From Podospora anserina (Eukaryota), in contig CM030333.1 in NCBI GenBank assembly GCA_017654855.1, forward strand, positions 310,001 to 374,000: a stretch of 64,000 nt of DNA, read 5' to 3'. Made by a program: the position numbers and the translations under genes. The notes under the pieces are model-generated. The model was not told where the DNA came from, made no database searches, and worked only from the letters and a program-made list of their open reading frames with translations. This document shows positions 36,401 through 50,244 of this stretch, piece by piece; position 1 is the stretch's first letter; every line of letters starts with the position of its first letter.

Positions 36401-37145
36401 AGGGGTTTATTACTCATGGTCTGCTTGCGTCTTGGATCCTCTTCACTTGTGTCACGATAAGGGTTGAGGACACACCTTCAATGAGTAGTCAACTTGATGC
36501 AAAATATTAATAACACTCTCAGTAAAATGCGCTTGTACACCATGTTCTTGCACGTGCGTTTTACTCGACATCTGATCCGGGATGTAAAGCCTGTCTTGGG
36601 CCATGACATCATAACTGGGGGTTCACTGGGCGCATATGGCTGGACGCCATTCGTGGTTCTTGGCAGCAGTCAGCTGAAGCCGAGTGGCTCAATCAAGAAA
36701 CCAATATCGAACAGGCCTGTTCTCAGTGGCTGGACTGGCCAAGCTGCACGCTTTGAAGTGAAAACAGGGTCCTGTTCGTTTCAACGGTGGTGGTGGTCCG
36801 GCCTACCCAAACAAGTGACGTGGTTCAAGGAGCTGGGCGCTTCTGGTTTGAAGTCATCGTCAACAGCTAGGCCTTAATCGCGTCAAAAAACATGGTCAGA
36901 AGGGGGGGCGGGAATGACGAAGAACAAAAAGACTACCAAAAGAGCCAAGTACTGTCCGGTGCCACGACATAACGTGTAGCAGTATATAGCCCAACGGTGA
37001 GCCGTAGGTTCCTCATCGGTCTGCCTCCATTCTCTAGTCCTGTAATATTCAACAGCAACGACGGCTTACCCTGCCCATCCGTTGATAGATATCCCCAGCA
37101 GCAACCGTTACGCCCACTCGCGCTACTAGCCTAGCCCAACTCAAC

Positions 37146-37788
37146 ATGGCGCTACCCGAGATCGCCTCCATCATTCTGCGGCTGGCAGAGCTGGCGTTTG
37201 CGGCCGTTGTCGCAGGCTTGAACGGCGACTATCTACACTCAGTTCGCGGCGCTTCCTCGTGGGATTTGGGACGACACATCTACACTGAAGTTGTTGCGGG
37301 ATTGTCCATTTTGTTTGCCATTATTTGGCTGTTTCCCTTCAGCTCCTCGTTTATCCATTGGCCCGCCGATCTGTTCTTCAGCATCCTGTGGTTTGTAGCC
37401 TTTGGTCTATTGGTGGATTGGCTCGATGGTTCTTGCGGGTATGTATCATTGCTTAGACTTGTTTCGACCTCTCCGGGGCCAAAATGGATTAAAGCTAACT
37501 TTTCCTCAGACGGGTTTTCGACTGGACCAACCTCTCCTTCCGGGACACTGCATCCTGTGCCCAGTTCAAGGCCGTAGTCGCCTTTTCCTTCTTGAGTGCC
37601 ATCTGCTGGCTAGCCAGTGCCATCGTCGGGTATGTTTACCACTCATTGTTTCCCATACATTTTGTTAAAGGCAATCGACTAACACGAGGGGCCGTAGTTT
37701 CTGGTGGGTTCGCCGCAACACTCGTGTTCGTCACACCACCACTGCACCCACCTACCGTCGTCGCCGTTGGTATCGCTCTCGCGTTTAA
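37146..37788 (+). CDS. MARVEL-domain 4-TM membrane protein; exons 37146-37438, 37510-37629, 37698-37788
   Basis: ILRLAELAFAAVVAGLNG, DLFFSILWFVAFGLLV, CAQFKAVVAFSFLSAICWLASAIVG, basic C-terminal tail. Confidence 0.85.
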
Positions 37789-39314
37789 GCCTACCATTAC
37801 CGGTACCCCAGATGACCATGACAAATCACGATACCCCATTCAGAGCAGCAATTTTCTCCTAATCCAAGTACCCTATTCATTTTCCTTTATCTTGTGGTAC
37901 CAAACGATAATCCTCCTTACAATGTGGTGTAACGACATGACGGTATGAAGAGCGACGGGGCAGCGAGGCGAAGGACAAATCGGAACTTCTTGATATATTC
38001 CATATTATTCTCTTCTCATGTATTTAAATAAAAGCAAAATTTTGTGTGATCAGGAGTGATCTGTGCATACCAAGCTCATTAGAGTTGACTCTATCTGCCG
38101 TTCATTGAACATCTTCTCAACAATGATCATCACAACAAAGGCACCCAGGATCAGCAGGGCATGAAGTGGCTGAGTGGGGGTGGGGTATCTGTCACAAACG
38201 GGATGACCCTTTCGGCATTTGGGTCAATCAAACAACATTATACAGCACGCGAGCACAGAGGGCTGTGGCTCGGTCAGCGTGGCTCCTTTACCTGGCAATC
38301 AATGACGTCTTGCGTTATGCGGAGCGGCAAGCCCGGCACCAGACGGTGTAAGTGGATGTCCACCTGCTAAAAAGAGAACAATGCGGGGAAGCTTGAATTG
38401 ACGGGGCTTTGCGCCACACCTGGAACTGTGACGCCTCCTCGTGCCCCTTACATGACGCGGATCCTGCTTTAATGGCAGTGATGCCAAGGTTAAAGCAAGA
38501 ATACCGCAGTGGTACCGCGAAGAAGCAGCGGCCGCGCGTTGTAGAAGAATGTACCTTCAAAAGCTGTTTGCTCACAAGATCGAAATGTGGCGTGGATCCA
38601 CAGAGAATCAATGGGTCCAGGCCAAGCAATGGGGAAATGCTCGGCAGCTCCAACGGCACCAGCCACACAACTTCAACCACAAACGACGTCACAGCATCCC
38701 AGGCGAATTGCATCTCCTTTGCCCACGCGGCCCGAATTCCCCATCTTGGTGATGGGAGCCCTGGAGAGCGGAGCTTCATTGTTTGATCGCATCTGGATAT
38801 GCAACTATGACGTATATGAGGTAATGCCCGTTTGCTGGGCCGCCATCTCTGACGTTCTATTGGACTCGGCGGCTCTGACAGCTTATTCCAGCTCGAGACG
38901 AACAAGAAGGTACGCGTCTCAGGACATGCAACCGGCCGAGAATGATGCCATTTGACCAACTTCGCTTCGGCTTCTTCCATCCCTTTTCGAGAAGCCTTGA
39001 TGGAATGAGCTAACATCTGGCCCAGGCGAATGGCCATGCTTGCTATGACACAACCAGAGCGAATCTTGGTTCTGGGTGATCCACATCTCGATGATGTTTC
39101 CCATGTGCCCATTGACGCCTTTCTTGTTCCGTATCTGGTGTCAAAGGGATATAAGGACTGTTCCCCTTCCTGTTGAACCAGAAATTTCTTTCCTCATCAT
39201 CAACCCACAAAGCATTATCACAAAGCAATCACAACTCAAACAAAGCTTCACCACTCACCTCACTATATCAACACACAACTACACTTGAACTCAACACTCG
39301 ATACAGTACCCAAC

Positions 39315-40346
39315 ATGTCTTCCATCGTCAACAAGATCAAGGAGGCTGTCCACTCCGACAAGTCCCACCATGGCGCTCCTGAAGGCACCAGCGGACCCCA
39401 CAACTCTCGTGTCGCCAACGCTGCCGACCCCCGCGTCGACTCTGATCGTGACGGCTCCCACACTGCTGGCCGCACCACCGGCACCACCGGTACCAACGAA
39501 GGTCTCCACGGCCCCCACAACTCCCGCGTTGCCAACACTCTCGACCCCCGTGTAAACTCGGACCGTGACGGCTCTCGCACTGCTGGCAACACTGGTACTG
39601 GCTTCGGCAACACTGGTACTGGCTTCGGCAACACTGGTACTGGCTTCGGCAACTCTGGCCGCACCGCTGGCACCAACGAGGGTCTCCATGGCCCCCACAG
39701 CTCCCGCGTTGCCAACACTCTCGATCCCCGCGTCGATTCTGACCGTGACGGTTCCAACACTCTTGGCTCTTCTGGTACCGGCACCCACACCACCGCTGGC
39801 TTCGGAGGCAACACTGGCATCGGCTCTGGCAACACTCACCGCGCCACCGCCGGCACCGGCACGACTGGCATGACCGGCACCCATGGTGCCCCCGCCGGCA
39901 CTCACGGCCCTCATAACTCTCGCATTGCCAACGCTGCTGATCCCAGAATTGACTCTGACCGTGATGGCCGTGGTGCCATCCACAGCGGACCTGGCCCTAC
40001 CAGCAACACTGCCGGCCCTCACTCCAGCGATATGGCGAACAAGCTCGACCCCCGAGTCGACTCGGATCTTGACGGTTCCAAGACCATTGGTCAAAACAGG
40101 ACTTACCAGTAAGTAAGTAAAATACGAGACAGCAACAACTTGCAGACAGCGGTACTAACCTCGTCTTCTCTCAGATCTGGGACAGCCACTTCCATCGCAA
40201 GAGACCCTACGGACGCTTCTCAGGTCCCTCCCTCTGTCCTTCGCAAGCATCTGGGTGACCCGGTGGTTGAGCATGATGACCACCACCATCACCGCGAGAG
40301 GAGAAACAGCGTGAAGTCCCACCAGGAGGCCTTTAGCGGAGTCTAA
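39315..40346 (+). CDS. Gly/Thr/His-rich hydrophilin-like protein with five GPHxSRxAN..DPRVDSDRDG repeats; short form ends at 40112, long form is spliced 40109-40174
   Basis: Repeats visible in the translation; strong C-ending codon bias; TATAA at 39150; intron with CTAAC branch and CAG acceptor at 40174. Confidence 0.85.
39585..39653 (+). repeat. 21-nt coding minisatellite (GNTGTGF x3)
   Basis: ggcaacactggtactggcttc x3 exact, plus ggcaac. Confidence 0.9.
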
Positions 40347-40972
40347 ATAGGGGGTTGCTTTTCGACCAAGATGGAACATGCATTATGAGTTATGACGGAT
40401 GGTTTTGAGCTTTTTTCTTTGTTGTAATAATACCAAGTTTGCTCTTGTTCTTTCATTACTGCTATCACTCGCTTGCTCTGGTTAGAAAGTGGATGATGTG
40501 GTATGCAATATCAGGTAGCTAGATACCCCTTTGGTGTAGGTTCAATGCAAACAAAGTCGCTGCAAATGATCAAAACTGCCTACATAGAAGTGAACATGAT
40601 ATGGTCAGCTCATTGGACAAGTCTTCAACTTCCTCAACTCTCCCTCCCGAGCTACATATCCGACCAACAGAAATCTAGCGACAAGTGTCTGAAAAATTTG
40701 GACTGTTGCAAAGATCAAGCTACCGTCCCCCGTTTTCGGTTTTCTAAGTGAAGCTCTGGTCGTCTTTGAGCCAAAAAAAAAATAGGTCTCTTGGAATGAT
40801 GTGTGAAGTCAGGAAAAGTGGGGCAGGTTGCTCAACCACGGACTTGGAAACTTTGACAACACTCAATAATTATCGTTCAAGCCGACAACAATCCAAGATT
40901 CTCACCCTCATCGACACACACTACTTCCACCGCCAGCTGCAATGAGGATAGCGCCATATTTACTAATTGAAA

Positions 40973-41879
40973 ATGTCGAGTCAGATCGACTCATCAGATG
41001 AACAATTTTCCGCCTCTGAGCAGGCACATTCGAGCTCACCATCTCCTTCGCAATTTTCCCGAGCGTCGTCCTATCGAGGCCGCGAGTATACCCTTTATGA
41101 CGCGGTCGCCGGTATCTACACTCCACTCCTCGTTTCGTACTCGCTCAAGCATCCTAACTCGGCTACTAGGTCAGGTATCTCTAAATGAACGCGTCCAGCC
41201 ACATGGCGGCAGCAGCCGTCGCAGCAATCGACCTGGCTCAGGAAACCTCACCTCCCGCACCTACAGGCTTGCCCCAGAAGAGGTTCTATTTCGGCGGCAC
41301 AACGCCCCGACTCGATATGCCGAGCATGATATCTACTGGGCCCACGAGGATTTGCTGCCGTCACAGCAACTACCCGACAGTGCCCTGCTGAGATCTGTTC
41401 ACTGTTACGCAAGTAAATTCTACGACTACACTGCCTTGGATTCTTCCCACCTCCACTCCCAGCTCCCCAAGGATGGATCACCTTCTCTTCCAAGCCAGAC
41501 ACAACCACACTCGGAGTTTTTCCAAAAGAAAGCAAACACAGACCTCCGGAGCCTAGATGAGACGGCCCTCCTGGCTTTTGGCGTCCTCCTTGAAGAAGCC
41601 AGCCGTGAAGTGCTAGGGAAGCGGGGCGACTTGGTGTTTACCGAGGCAGAGGGATATCAGCCTCCCCAAGCCCCTTCTCAAGCAGCTGGAGCAACGCCAG
41701 CAACCACGGCCGCCACCCTGGTGCCATCATCAACAGGGGGAACCGAAGAGGGAAAGGCAAATGGCGGTGGGGCCCTGGATACTGATGTCTCACACGGTGA
41801 AGGAGGCCCAAAAAAACGAAGGAAAGTGGCGAGAAGACGCAAAAAACGCCCTGACGATGGTCCTGACAGACTGGACTGA
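40973..41879 (+). CDS. rrn10: RNA polymerase I upstream activation factor subunit Rrn10-like; intron 41112-41169
   Basis: LYDAVAG, LPDSALLRSVHCYAS and LRSLDETALLAFGVLLEE match Rrn10 family motifs from memory; basic NLS near the C-terminus. Confidence 0.7.
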
Positions 41880-44800
41880 CGACAGTTCATTGGAAGAAAA
41901 GAAACCCGGATTCTCGACCCAGAAAGTTGCTCGGCTCGAAGGACAGGTTTGGAATCTGTTTCAGTTGGAAACCCAATTCTCCAGTCCGGATTGATGGCAG
42001 CCATGAGAAGAAGCAACGGAAAAAAACAACGCAGCTGTTTGAGAACCTGTCGTTCTTCTTTCGCCACCTCGTGGGTGCGCCAGACTCGAGAGCTAAGCCG
42101 ACGGACCGGCGTGGGAAGAGAGAACCCACCAGACTGGTTGCGCTTCCCGTTGGCTACCGAAAGGACGCCATTCGCATTCGGGTACTCGTCTCTGTCTGTT
42201 ACCAATAAATTGTTCCGCTACTGCCGGGCGTTGTTGCTTCTGGAAGGATCACGCCTTCCATTCGACTGACATCTCCCAGAGGATTGGCTAGCCAGTTTAT
42301 CGTCTGCAATTCCGTGCAGGGGCAAAAGAAACAAGAGGAGCGACGCCATCAGCCACGGCATGTCTTTGCAGCAGGTAGTTTCTGTCTCTAATGCGGTTTC
42401 CTGACAGTCCGGTCTGGGTCTCTCTTTGCCTGGAACCGAGAAGGTCGAAATGCCACTTTGTTTGTCAGAAAATGTCATGATGCATCATATCATATGTGAG
42501 CGAGCTAGTCCACCCACATACACATGGAGCGAAGCTTTTGAGTCTTTTTTTTCTTTCAAGCCGTGCATATCACACAGTCAGCCTGCCCGCCTGTCCGAGC
42601 CCAGTGGGAACAGGAAAAGAAAACATGATGGACCCGATTCGGTTCTTGGGCCCGCCATCCTGGTGTTGGAAAGTTCCGACCTCTTGGTAGTCGCCGGCTG
42701 GGACCGACAGCCTCCATGACGATTGGTCAGCGGGCTGAACCAGCAGACAACAGTTTGTGGATTAAAACCGATGGCCAGGCAAGACATGCAGTCGACAACA
42801 GGATGATGGTGTGGTGGCGCTCCGTCCCCTCCCCCCTCCCCCCCCCCTCCCGGTCACCAAGCTATTGGGACGTGCTGATTTGCCCATCAAGGTATCAGAC
42901 CATGCGGTTGGTGCGCCTGGGGGGAATAAGCGTGGGGTTGGGAGAAGGACGTTGCGCTTTGCTCGCTTTCCCCAATGACTGGGCACGTGGGAGAAGGCCG
43001 CTCAAAAGACCTGCAAAGATGGAGAAAGATGCGGAAGGATCAGCATTACACAGATTGAGAGCAGCAGAGGGGTTTCTGATATCGGGATTCCAAGTGAGAG
43101 TTAGTGCTCCGTACGGCACAGGTACAGGACAGGATACCGTGGCCCCCCCCCGCCATTACACACCACGACAGGCCATGGGTTAAATAGCAGATCGCGGAGT
43201 TGTCTCCGACCACGGCTCAGGCTGCTATGATTGGCTTATTTGGCCTTTCGCCAGACGATACAAGAGTGTCTGTCGTCTGGGCTTCTCACTGTCGGTGTCT
43301 TGCGGCTGAGGTGATTTGCTTTCTCGATGTTGTCTCAACCAGTTGTGTGGGGGGAGGGGAAGCAGGTGCATAAAACCACATGCGCTGTGTAGCGCGGTCA
43401 GGCAAGGCTTTTGCTTCTCTTTGGCCAGAATGGCAGGTGAGAGGGTCGTCAGAGTTGCATTGGGTTGTTGGTTTTATCGATAGGCACCAGATACCAAGCA
43501 CATAGCCGAAACAAGCTGGCTGGCTGGCAGGAAAGGAGTGTTTGCAAACGTCGACCCTCCAGCGAGAATTGCGGGGGAACCAACAACCTGGAAGTCTCAT
43601 CAGGGTCGGAAATGGCGTTCAAGTTCTGCAATCCACAACCTCACACCACGGCGAGGGCGAACAGGGACAGACCTGGATGGACAGACGGCCTGTCAAAGAA
43701 AATGGCCGGTCTGCGGCGAGCCGAGGATTTCTGGTGGAAAATCTGGAAGGCCGCCGAACCTGTCAGGGAACCCGGCAACTTGTGCGACCCTGGTCTTCAG
43801 ATGCTGCACCGTGCGTCTGTCCAAATCTCGCTCCCACTTGGCTGGGAATCATCGCGATGGTACGAAGTTTGTCAACCCCCCAATCCCCGATAATCCCCAA
43901 GGTTATCGCTTACAACAGTGCAACATTATGGGGCGATATCAGTATCAAACTGCTTGGATGTTCATGCTTGGCCTGCTGAGAATGTCTCCATGTGTGCGAC
44001 AGCAGCCACAACGACGACGACGACGGCACATTGTAGCATGTAAGCTAGGTATGTACCACAGGTTGGGGCGTCAAGGTCCGTGTGTCTCAAATGGTCCCGA
44101 CTTTGTGGACGCGTCGCCCCAAGAAAAAAAGATAGATTCCCAGTCTAGCCCGCAGTGGCATGGTCTCGCAACCTCGGTCGGGTCGTTGGTACTGGAAAGG
44201 ACTTTGGAAGAGAGTGCGCCGTCGACTGTCGCGGCACGGTGCGGAAGCAAACCCCTGTCAAGGTGACAGCCAGCCATCCAACCAGCTCTCCAGTGGGACA
44301 GACAAGGCGGGCGGGAGGCGTGGTGGGGTGACTGGTGTGGTGTGGTGTGCTGGTGAGGGTGAGGGCACGGTGAGATGACCGATGGCGCATCTCTTTTGGT
44401 TCGTCTTGGAGAACTCGGGGTTTGCATTTTTCTGCATCTCGATGCTGATGCTGATGCTGATGCTGGTGGTGGTCTTTTGGGGGGCCCGGGAGTTGTGCTG
44501 CCCCATCATCTCCATCCTAGCGTTGCACATATTGTCGAGCCAAGTTCTTCTTGGCGTCGTCTTTTTTTACATTACTCTCAGCTCTCCTCCCCTCCACCAC
44601 CGTTTCCATACCAATCCTATGATCCATACCGCCCGCCGCGCTAATCCATCCTCCTGGGCCCGTCCAAGCTGATTCCACAACTATCTGAAAAGGACGAGGA
44701 CGGGGGCAAGTTCAAGGGCGACGCGTTGGAGAGGGGCCGACTGCCCGTAGGGGAGGAGGGGTGGGATTACCTCGTTGCTGGCTTCTGCTGACCACCACAT

Positions 44801-46240
44801 TCTGTGTCACCGTCGGACTAATACCACTATCACTCACTACCACTACCGCTACTACGCTGCCACCGTCTATCCTTCTTTCTCCGTTCGCCCTCATCCTGCT
44901 CGTACCTCATTCCTGCTGACCTCTTCGGCCTGGCTTCGGCAGCTGTCACCGCCTATCCGGCTCTATTTGTCTGCTCCGGCAGCAGCGAGCTCGACCAGCA
45001 GCGCGCAAAGGGGGGAATGCGGCCAAAAGAAACCGATGCCCCACTAATTCTCGTGAAGCTGTCACGTACCAAGCCGCCTATTCGTCGAGGGGGCCCAGGC
45101 TGGCAGAGCACGAGAGGGGACACCCCGGACTGGATTGAGGCGCTCTTGACCCACCCGTTTGCCCGCCTTTGATTGTCCCATCGAACCCTGGCCTCTACCT
45201 AGCTTCCACCACCCCGGTTCGGCTTGATGAGACGTGCTCCGCAGGGTTGGTGACCGTACCTCAATTTTGTCGGATTCTCTTTCTCTCCCAAGGCCCAAAA
45301 CACCGCCGGACCCAGCTCCAGCTCGCTCCCCTTTGCCATTGACCGTCTTTTTGGAGCCCGTCTCCAGCTGCTGCCCATCAGCACCACCCACACCCCCTCC
45401 GCACCGCCGTTTTTGTGTGTAATAAACACGTCTCGGGGACCCCAGCCAGCCAGCCAGCCAGCCAGACCTGTCACCAGCAGCACAGCACAAGCACCACAGC
45501 GAGAGACGAGTCAAGGAGGCTTTGCCCCGACCTCGCGCTGCCGGCCTGCCGAAAGCCGCATCCTTGAACCGAGCTTCTGTCTCTTTTCGAGCCTCCCCAC
45601 TCACCCGCCCACTCCAAGAACCGCGACCACGCAACCAGTTCTCTGTTGTTGCTGCCCAACTGGTTGGTCCGGTTCTGCTCCCTTTCTATCGAAACCCGGT
45701 CCCAAGTGAGGCGGAAAGGCTAAATCCAGGGGAGCCTTTTGTTCTTCTGCCGAGACCTCCCCTCCACAAGCAAACCACAGCTTTATGCCAATCTAGGCCA
45801 GGCCAATAAGCAAGCTCCTCCCGGCGAGCCCGTTCACGAGCTTGCGCGACCACCACCACTGCCACCGCTGCTGCTGCTTCTCTTCCTGCTGCTGCCACTG
45901 CTCGTGTGCCTGCTAGCTGTTTCTCTCCTTGCTGCTGAGCTGCTGCCTCGTCTCCTGCTGTACACCACACAGACAGCGAGAACGAGACAGGAAGAAGGGG
46001 AGAAAAAAGAGAGGGACCTGGGTTCGCGCAAGTCACGGGTTGCTCGTGGACGATCTTGCACTTCCACTTCCCACCCCCAAGACGGGCTCCTCCCCGCTTG
46101 TGTTCCATGCAGGTGTTGCCAGGCACTGTCTGTCCATGGGCTATTGCTTTTCTGCCGCTTGTTGCCTGACCTCGCGTCTGGCCGCCGCCTTCTAGTGTCA
46201 ACGGCATTCATGTACATACATATATAAGACCCCCCCAGCC

Positions 46241-49200
46241 ATGGACCACTCAGGGGCGCCTGACACCAAGCGACCCCGTCTGACGACTGGCTCGCCATGG
46301 TCAGCAGGCGGTTCACATCACGGCAGAACACTCCTTAATCCCAATCCCTCCCCGACGAGTGGACAATCGCCTCATCTGCCGCCAACGTCGAGCCCCTATC
46401 ATCAACCATCACCACATCACTACGCCCGCCCTTCTGGTACCGGCGATCACAACCATCCACACCCGCACCCTCACCCTCATCCTCACCCTCACCCTCACTC
46501 TCACCCCCATCCTCAACCACCACCACCGCCGCCGCCGCCGCCGCCACCACCATCACAAGCACCTCACCCTCACGCCCACCAGCAGCACCCTCATCCTCAG
46601 GGTCCGCCGCCGCCTGTTGCGCAAACGCCCGTCGACGACCGAAGACACCATGAGTCCGAGAGATTTCAGACCATGCACGATCACCGGCAACCTCCACACT
46701 CGCCGGCCCACCCAGCATTTTCGAGCTACCCTTCTAGGGAAACCATAGTAAAACCCGACCCAGGCGAAGACACCACGCTGCCGCAGTTGCGCAGGCCTCT
46801 ATCAACGAGCAACGGTCCCGAAATCATGACGCCGGGAACACCACATAGCGCCCTCCCGCCGCAGTCATACGCCGACGACAAGCGCCATATGAGCTTCGAC
46901 AGCGGCCCTCAGCAGCAGCAGCAGCAACAACCACAGCAACAGCAACAGCAGCAATCACAACCACCACAGCAGCCGCAGCCACCGCCGCCCCCGCCGCCAC
47001 AACAGCAGCCCATGTACGGCAGGCAACCAAGCTATCCACCGCAGACGCCCTTGCCACACGCGCAGCCATATGAATACCCACCACCTTCATACGGAGCACA
47101 ACATGATGGCTTGTCTTACTCGATCCATGTGGCCTCTTCGAATGCGAAGCGCAAAGGACAGCGTGCCTCACAGGTTAGCCGATCTGAACCATGACCATGC
47201 CATATCTGTAGCCAAGGAAGGGAGAATGACTAACCATGTATGTATGTGTGTAGGCCTGTGAGACGTGCCGTCAGCTCAAAGCAAAGTGCGACGAGCTGAA
47301 GCCTTGCAAAAGCTGTAGAGAAAAGAAGGTGGAATGCAAATACCGAGAACTTGTTCCCAAACAGTGGGTTTTGTATCTGGTTAACGACTGCTGTCTCAGT
47401 GACTGACCATGGTGATACAGGCAAGATAAAGTGCAGGCCGACATTTTGGAGCAGCTTATGATTATGAGAAACGACTTTCAGGACTGGATCGCGACAAATG
47501 ACAGGCGCGTGGGCAGGCTCGAAGAGGCGGTAAAGCGAATCGCACCAGCAGCAGATCTTCAGCAGTTCGAGCCGATACAAGAGGAAGAAATCCGACCAGC
47601 CTCAGCTGAATCAGGGAGCGCGCCCGTGGCAGAGGAAGCGTACACATCATCACCCACCGGAGGGGCTCAGGCACCCCCCATCGATGCCGAAGCTGCACGC
47701 CAGATAACACGTGAGATGGAGGTTGAAAAGGAGGTAGAACCGGGGCCGTTCGTTCAGCCTGGAGTCCCGACCATCCCGCCCAATCATACGACATTGGCTG
47801 CCTTCTTGCTCAAGTGGCGACCCATCGAGGCGTTGGTTCGACGCTATCTGGATGCCGAGAAGATCAAGTATGTGGACGAGTTCCCCATCAGACAGGAGGA
47901 AAGACGAGGGTTGTTGCGAGTCTGGGGTCGGGGCGAAGGCATGGACAGCAGCCGGGACAGGGACGCGCCTCACGATCTGGGGATGATGGAGGTGCATGAT
48001 GACTACTCTGACGCCGGCGCGCCATCTCCGGCAGACTGCTGGGGCGGAATCAGCGGCTCACCTGGCCCCATGGACGGAAAGTCTGGCAACGGACTCCTCC
48101 ATATCCCAGACTTTTCCGAATCAACTGTGTGGAAATACGTCAAGAGCTTCAACGACAATATTCAGAACATGCACCCACTCATTATCCCCAATGAGCTGAA
48201 TGCCATGGTCAAGCTGTTTCTCGACGGCCTCCACCCAAGCTCGAGAAGCAAGGGCGGGGGCTCGAACATTGCCAAGTTCGCCGTTGGGTCGCAAGGGGAG
48301 ACCTCGCTCAAGAGGAAAAGGACCTCGCCCGGCCCGGAAGGTGGCAGTAGCGAGCCCTCGTTGCCGCCCAAGGTCGGCAGGCCCATGTTCCAGCGATCTA
48401 TTAACAATGCGCTGGTTCTGCTGGTCCTTGCCCTTGGTAAAATCTGCCTTCACAAGGACAAACGGCTGCCAGATGTTGTGCCAGTCAGCGAGCCTGTCCA
48501 GCACGGCTCCCCCTTTCTGCGCAACGGCAACCCAGCGCCAGCATCCCCGTCGCAGGGCTCCCCTCCGTCCTACGCTTCTCATTCCCACGCAGCTGGCCTC
48601 CCTTCGCCCAAGGACAGTGGCGAGCGAGCTGGAACCAGCAGGCGCTCCTCGTTTCAAGGATCCGGCGTGTCGGCCAAACCGGTGGCCTCCCTCAAGAGGA
48701 ACCTGGACGTGATTCCTGGCCTGGACTATTTTGCCCATGCTACCGACATTCTTGGCGGTCAACTGGCTGGAACAAGCCTGCGTCATATTCACGCGTATAT
48801 TTTGGCTGGGTTGTACCACGGTCAGCTGGGGAGGGTGGTGGAGAGCTACGCCTACATCAAGGAAGCCGGTTGGGCGCTGCAGATCAAAATGAGACCGAGC
48901 CTGGATCGGTTCAAGAGGCTTCAAGAGAGCCAGACAACCAACAGGGACTCGGTCACCGAGAAATCGGACAACCAGCTTGTCTTTGCCTTCTGGACATGCC
49001 TTCAGCTCGAAAGCGACATCATTGCCGAGTTGCCGCTGCCACAGTCTCACATTTTGGCGTTTGAGGAAATCATGCCTTATCCCAACATCAACATGGCGAC
49101 GGGGCTCGGTTTTGACGAGCACGTCCTGCGAAGCTACTTGGCTCAGCTCTACCTCCGCAAGAACCTGAACCAGATCCATCAGACGCTGTACAACCCGGAG

Positions 49201-50135
49201 AACCCGCAGCCTCTCGAGACTCACTCAGCCGGGGGCGGCATCATTGAGATTATCCAGAACTCGCTGGACATGCGATTCGTGCCACCCGAGTTCAAGTTTT
49301 TGGAGTCTGATCCCCCAGCAAAGGATATCCTGTCTGCCCGGTTGCGTGCCAAGTACTGGGGCGCTCGGGTCATCACCTTTCGCCCGTTCATCAGACAGAT
49401 TCTCGAGCACAATTTCGACAAGGCCATGTCCACCACGCCCCCGATGCAGGGAGTGTCGCCGACCGGCAGGATCCAGGATGATTTCTCTGATGATGTCAAG
49501 GCGTATGCCCAGAAAGGCATCAAGGCTCTGGTTGAAAGCACGAGGGCCTTTCACGGGGTCGAGGACAAGCGATTCATCATCACCAATGTATTCGGCACAG
49601 CGCATGCGTAAGACAACCACCCACATGTGTTCTTGTTTCTCGAGTGAATATTTGCTGACCTGATGGCTGTAGACAATGGGGCAATCTGCTCACGCTGGCG
49701 GCCGTGTTCAAGGACCCGGTGCTGAACCAGTACATTGACGAGGGCCTCTTGAAAGAACTTTTTACCAAAACAATCTCCTTTTTCAAGATTATCTCGCACC
49801 CCTCGAGCGCTCTATCAATCGACATGCGGATTCTGGAAGGCCTTCAGAACGAACTGTGGCGACGGCCAAACAGTATCGACCTGGTGGACCACCAGCCCGG
49901 ATCCAGCTTCTCGAGCAACGCCAGCAACGGCATCCCACTATCTTGCATGGCGCCGACCACGCCTCTTCCTGGCATGCATGCTCCCAGCACACCAGTGGAC
50001 GCCTTCCACCCACCGCCACCCGGTCAGCTGCACGGCCCGCTCCTACCGCCCGTGTTGGGTGCCGTACCCGACGGCCTACCGGTGATGTCACCGGGGTCCC
50101 TGCCCCCCATGCAGCATCCACCACCACCATACTGA
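46241..50135 (+). CDS. Large Zn(II)2Cys6 transcription factor with His/Pro/Gln-rich N-terminus; exons 46241-47173, 47254-47363, 47421-49607, 49673-50135
   Basis: RASQ|ACETCRQLKAKCDELKPCKSCREKKVEC; NIQNMHPLI, FWTCLQLESDI, RLRAKYWGA, GTAHA|QWGNLL. Confidence 0.9.
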
Positions 50136-50244
50136 CATTCGAAACGATCCCCGACCTTTCGATAAGGACACTTGACGCTGCTTCCGCTAAACAAACACCA
50201 TACATACCCTGACCTCTCATGCATCTCATATACATACACACAAT

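Noticed and set aside
38315..39228. Minus-strand ORFs of 265 and 61 aa
   Set aside because: No recognisable domain or codon bias; they overlap the promoter of the repeat-protein gene
39263..40094. Antisense ORFs over the DPRVDSD-repeat gene, and a CRISPR-like repeat-spacer look
   Set aside because: These are shadows of biased codons; the repeats are degenerate at synonymous positions, so they are protein-level repeats in a eukaryotic gene
48121..49224. 367-aa antisense ORF
   Set aside because: Shadow of the Zn2Cys6 coding exon
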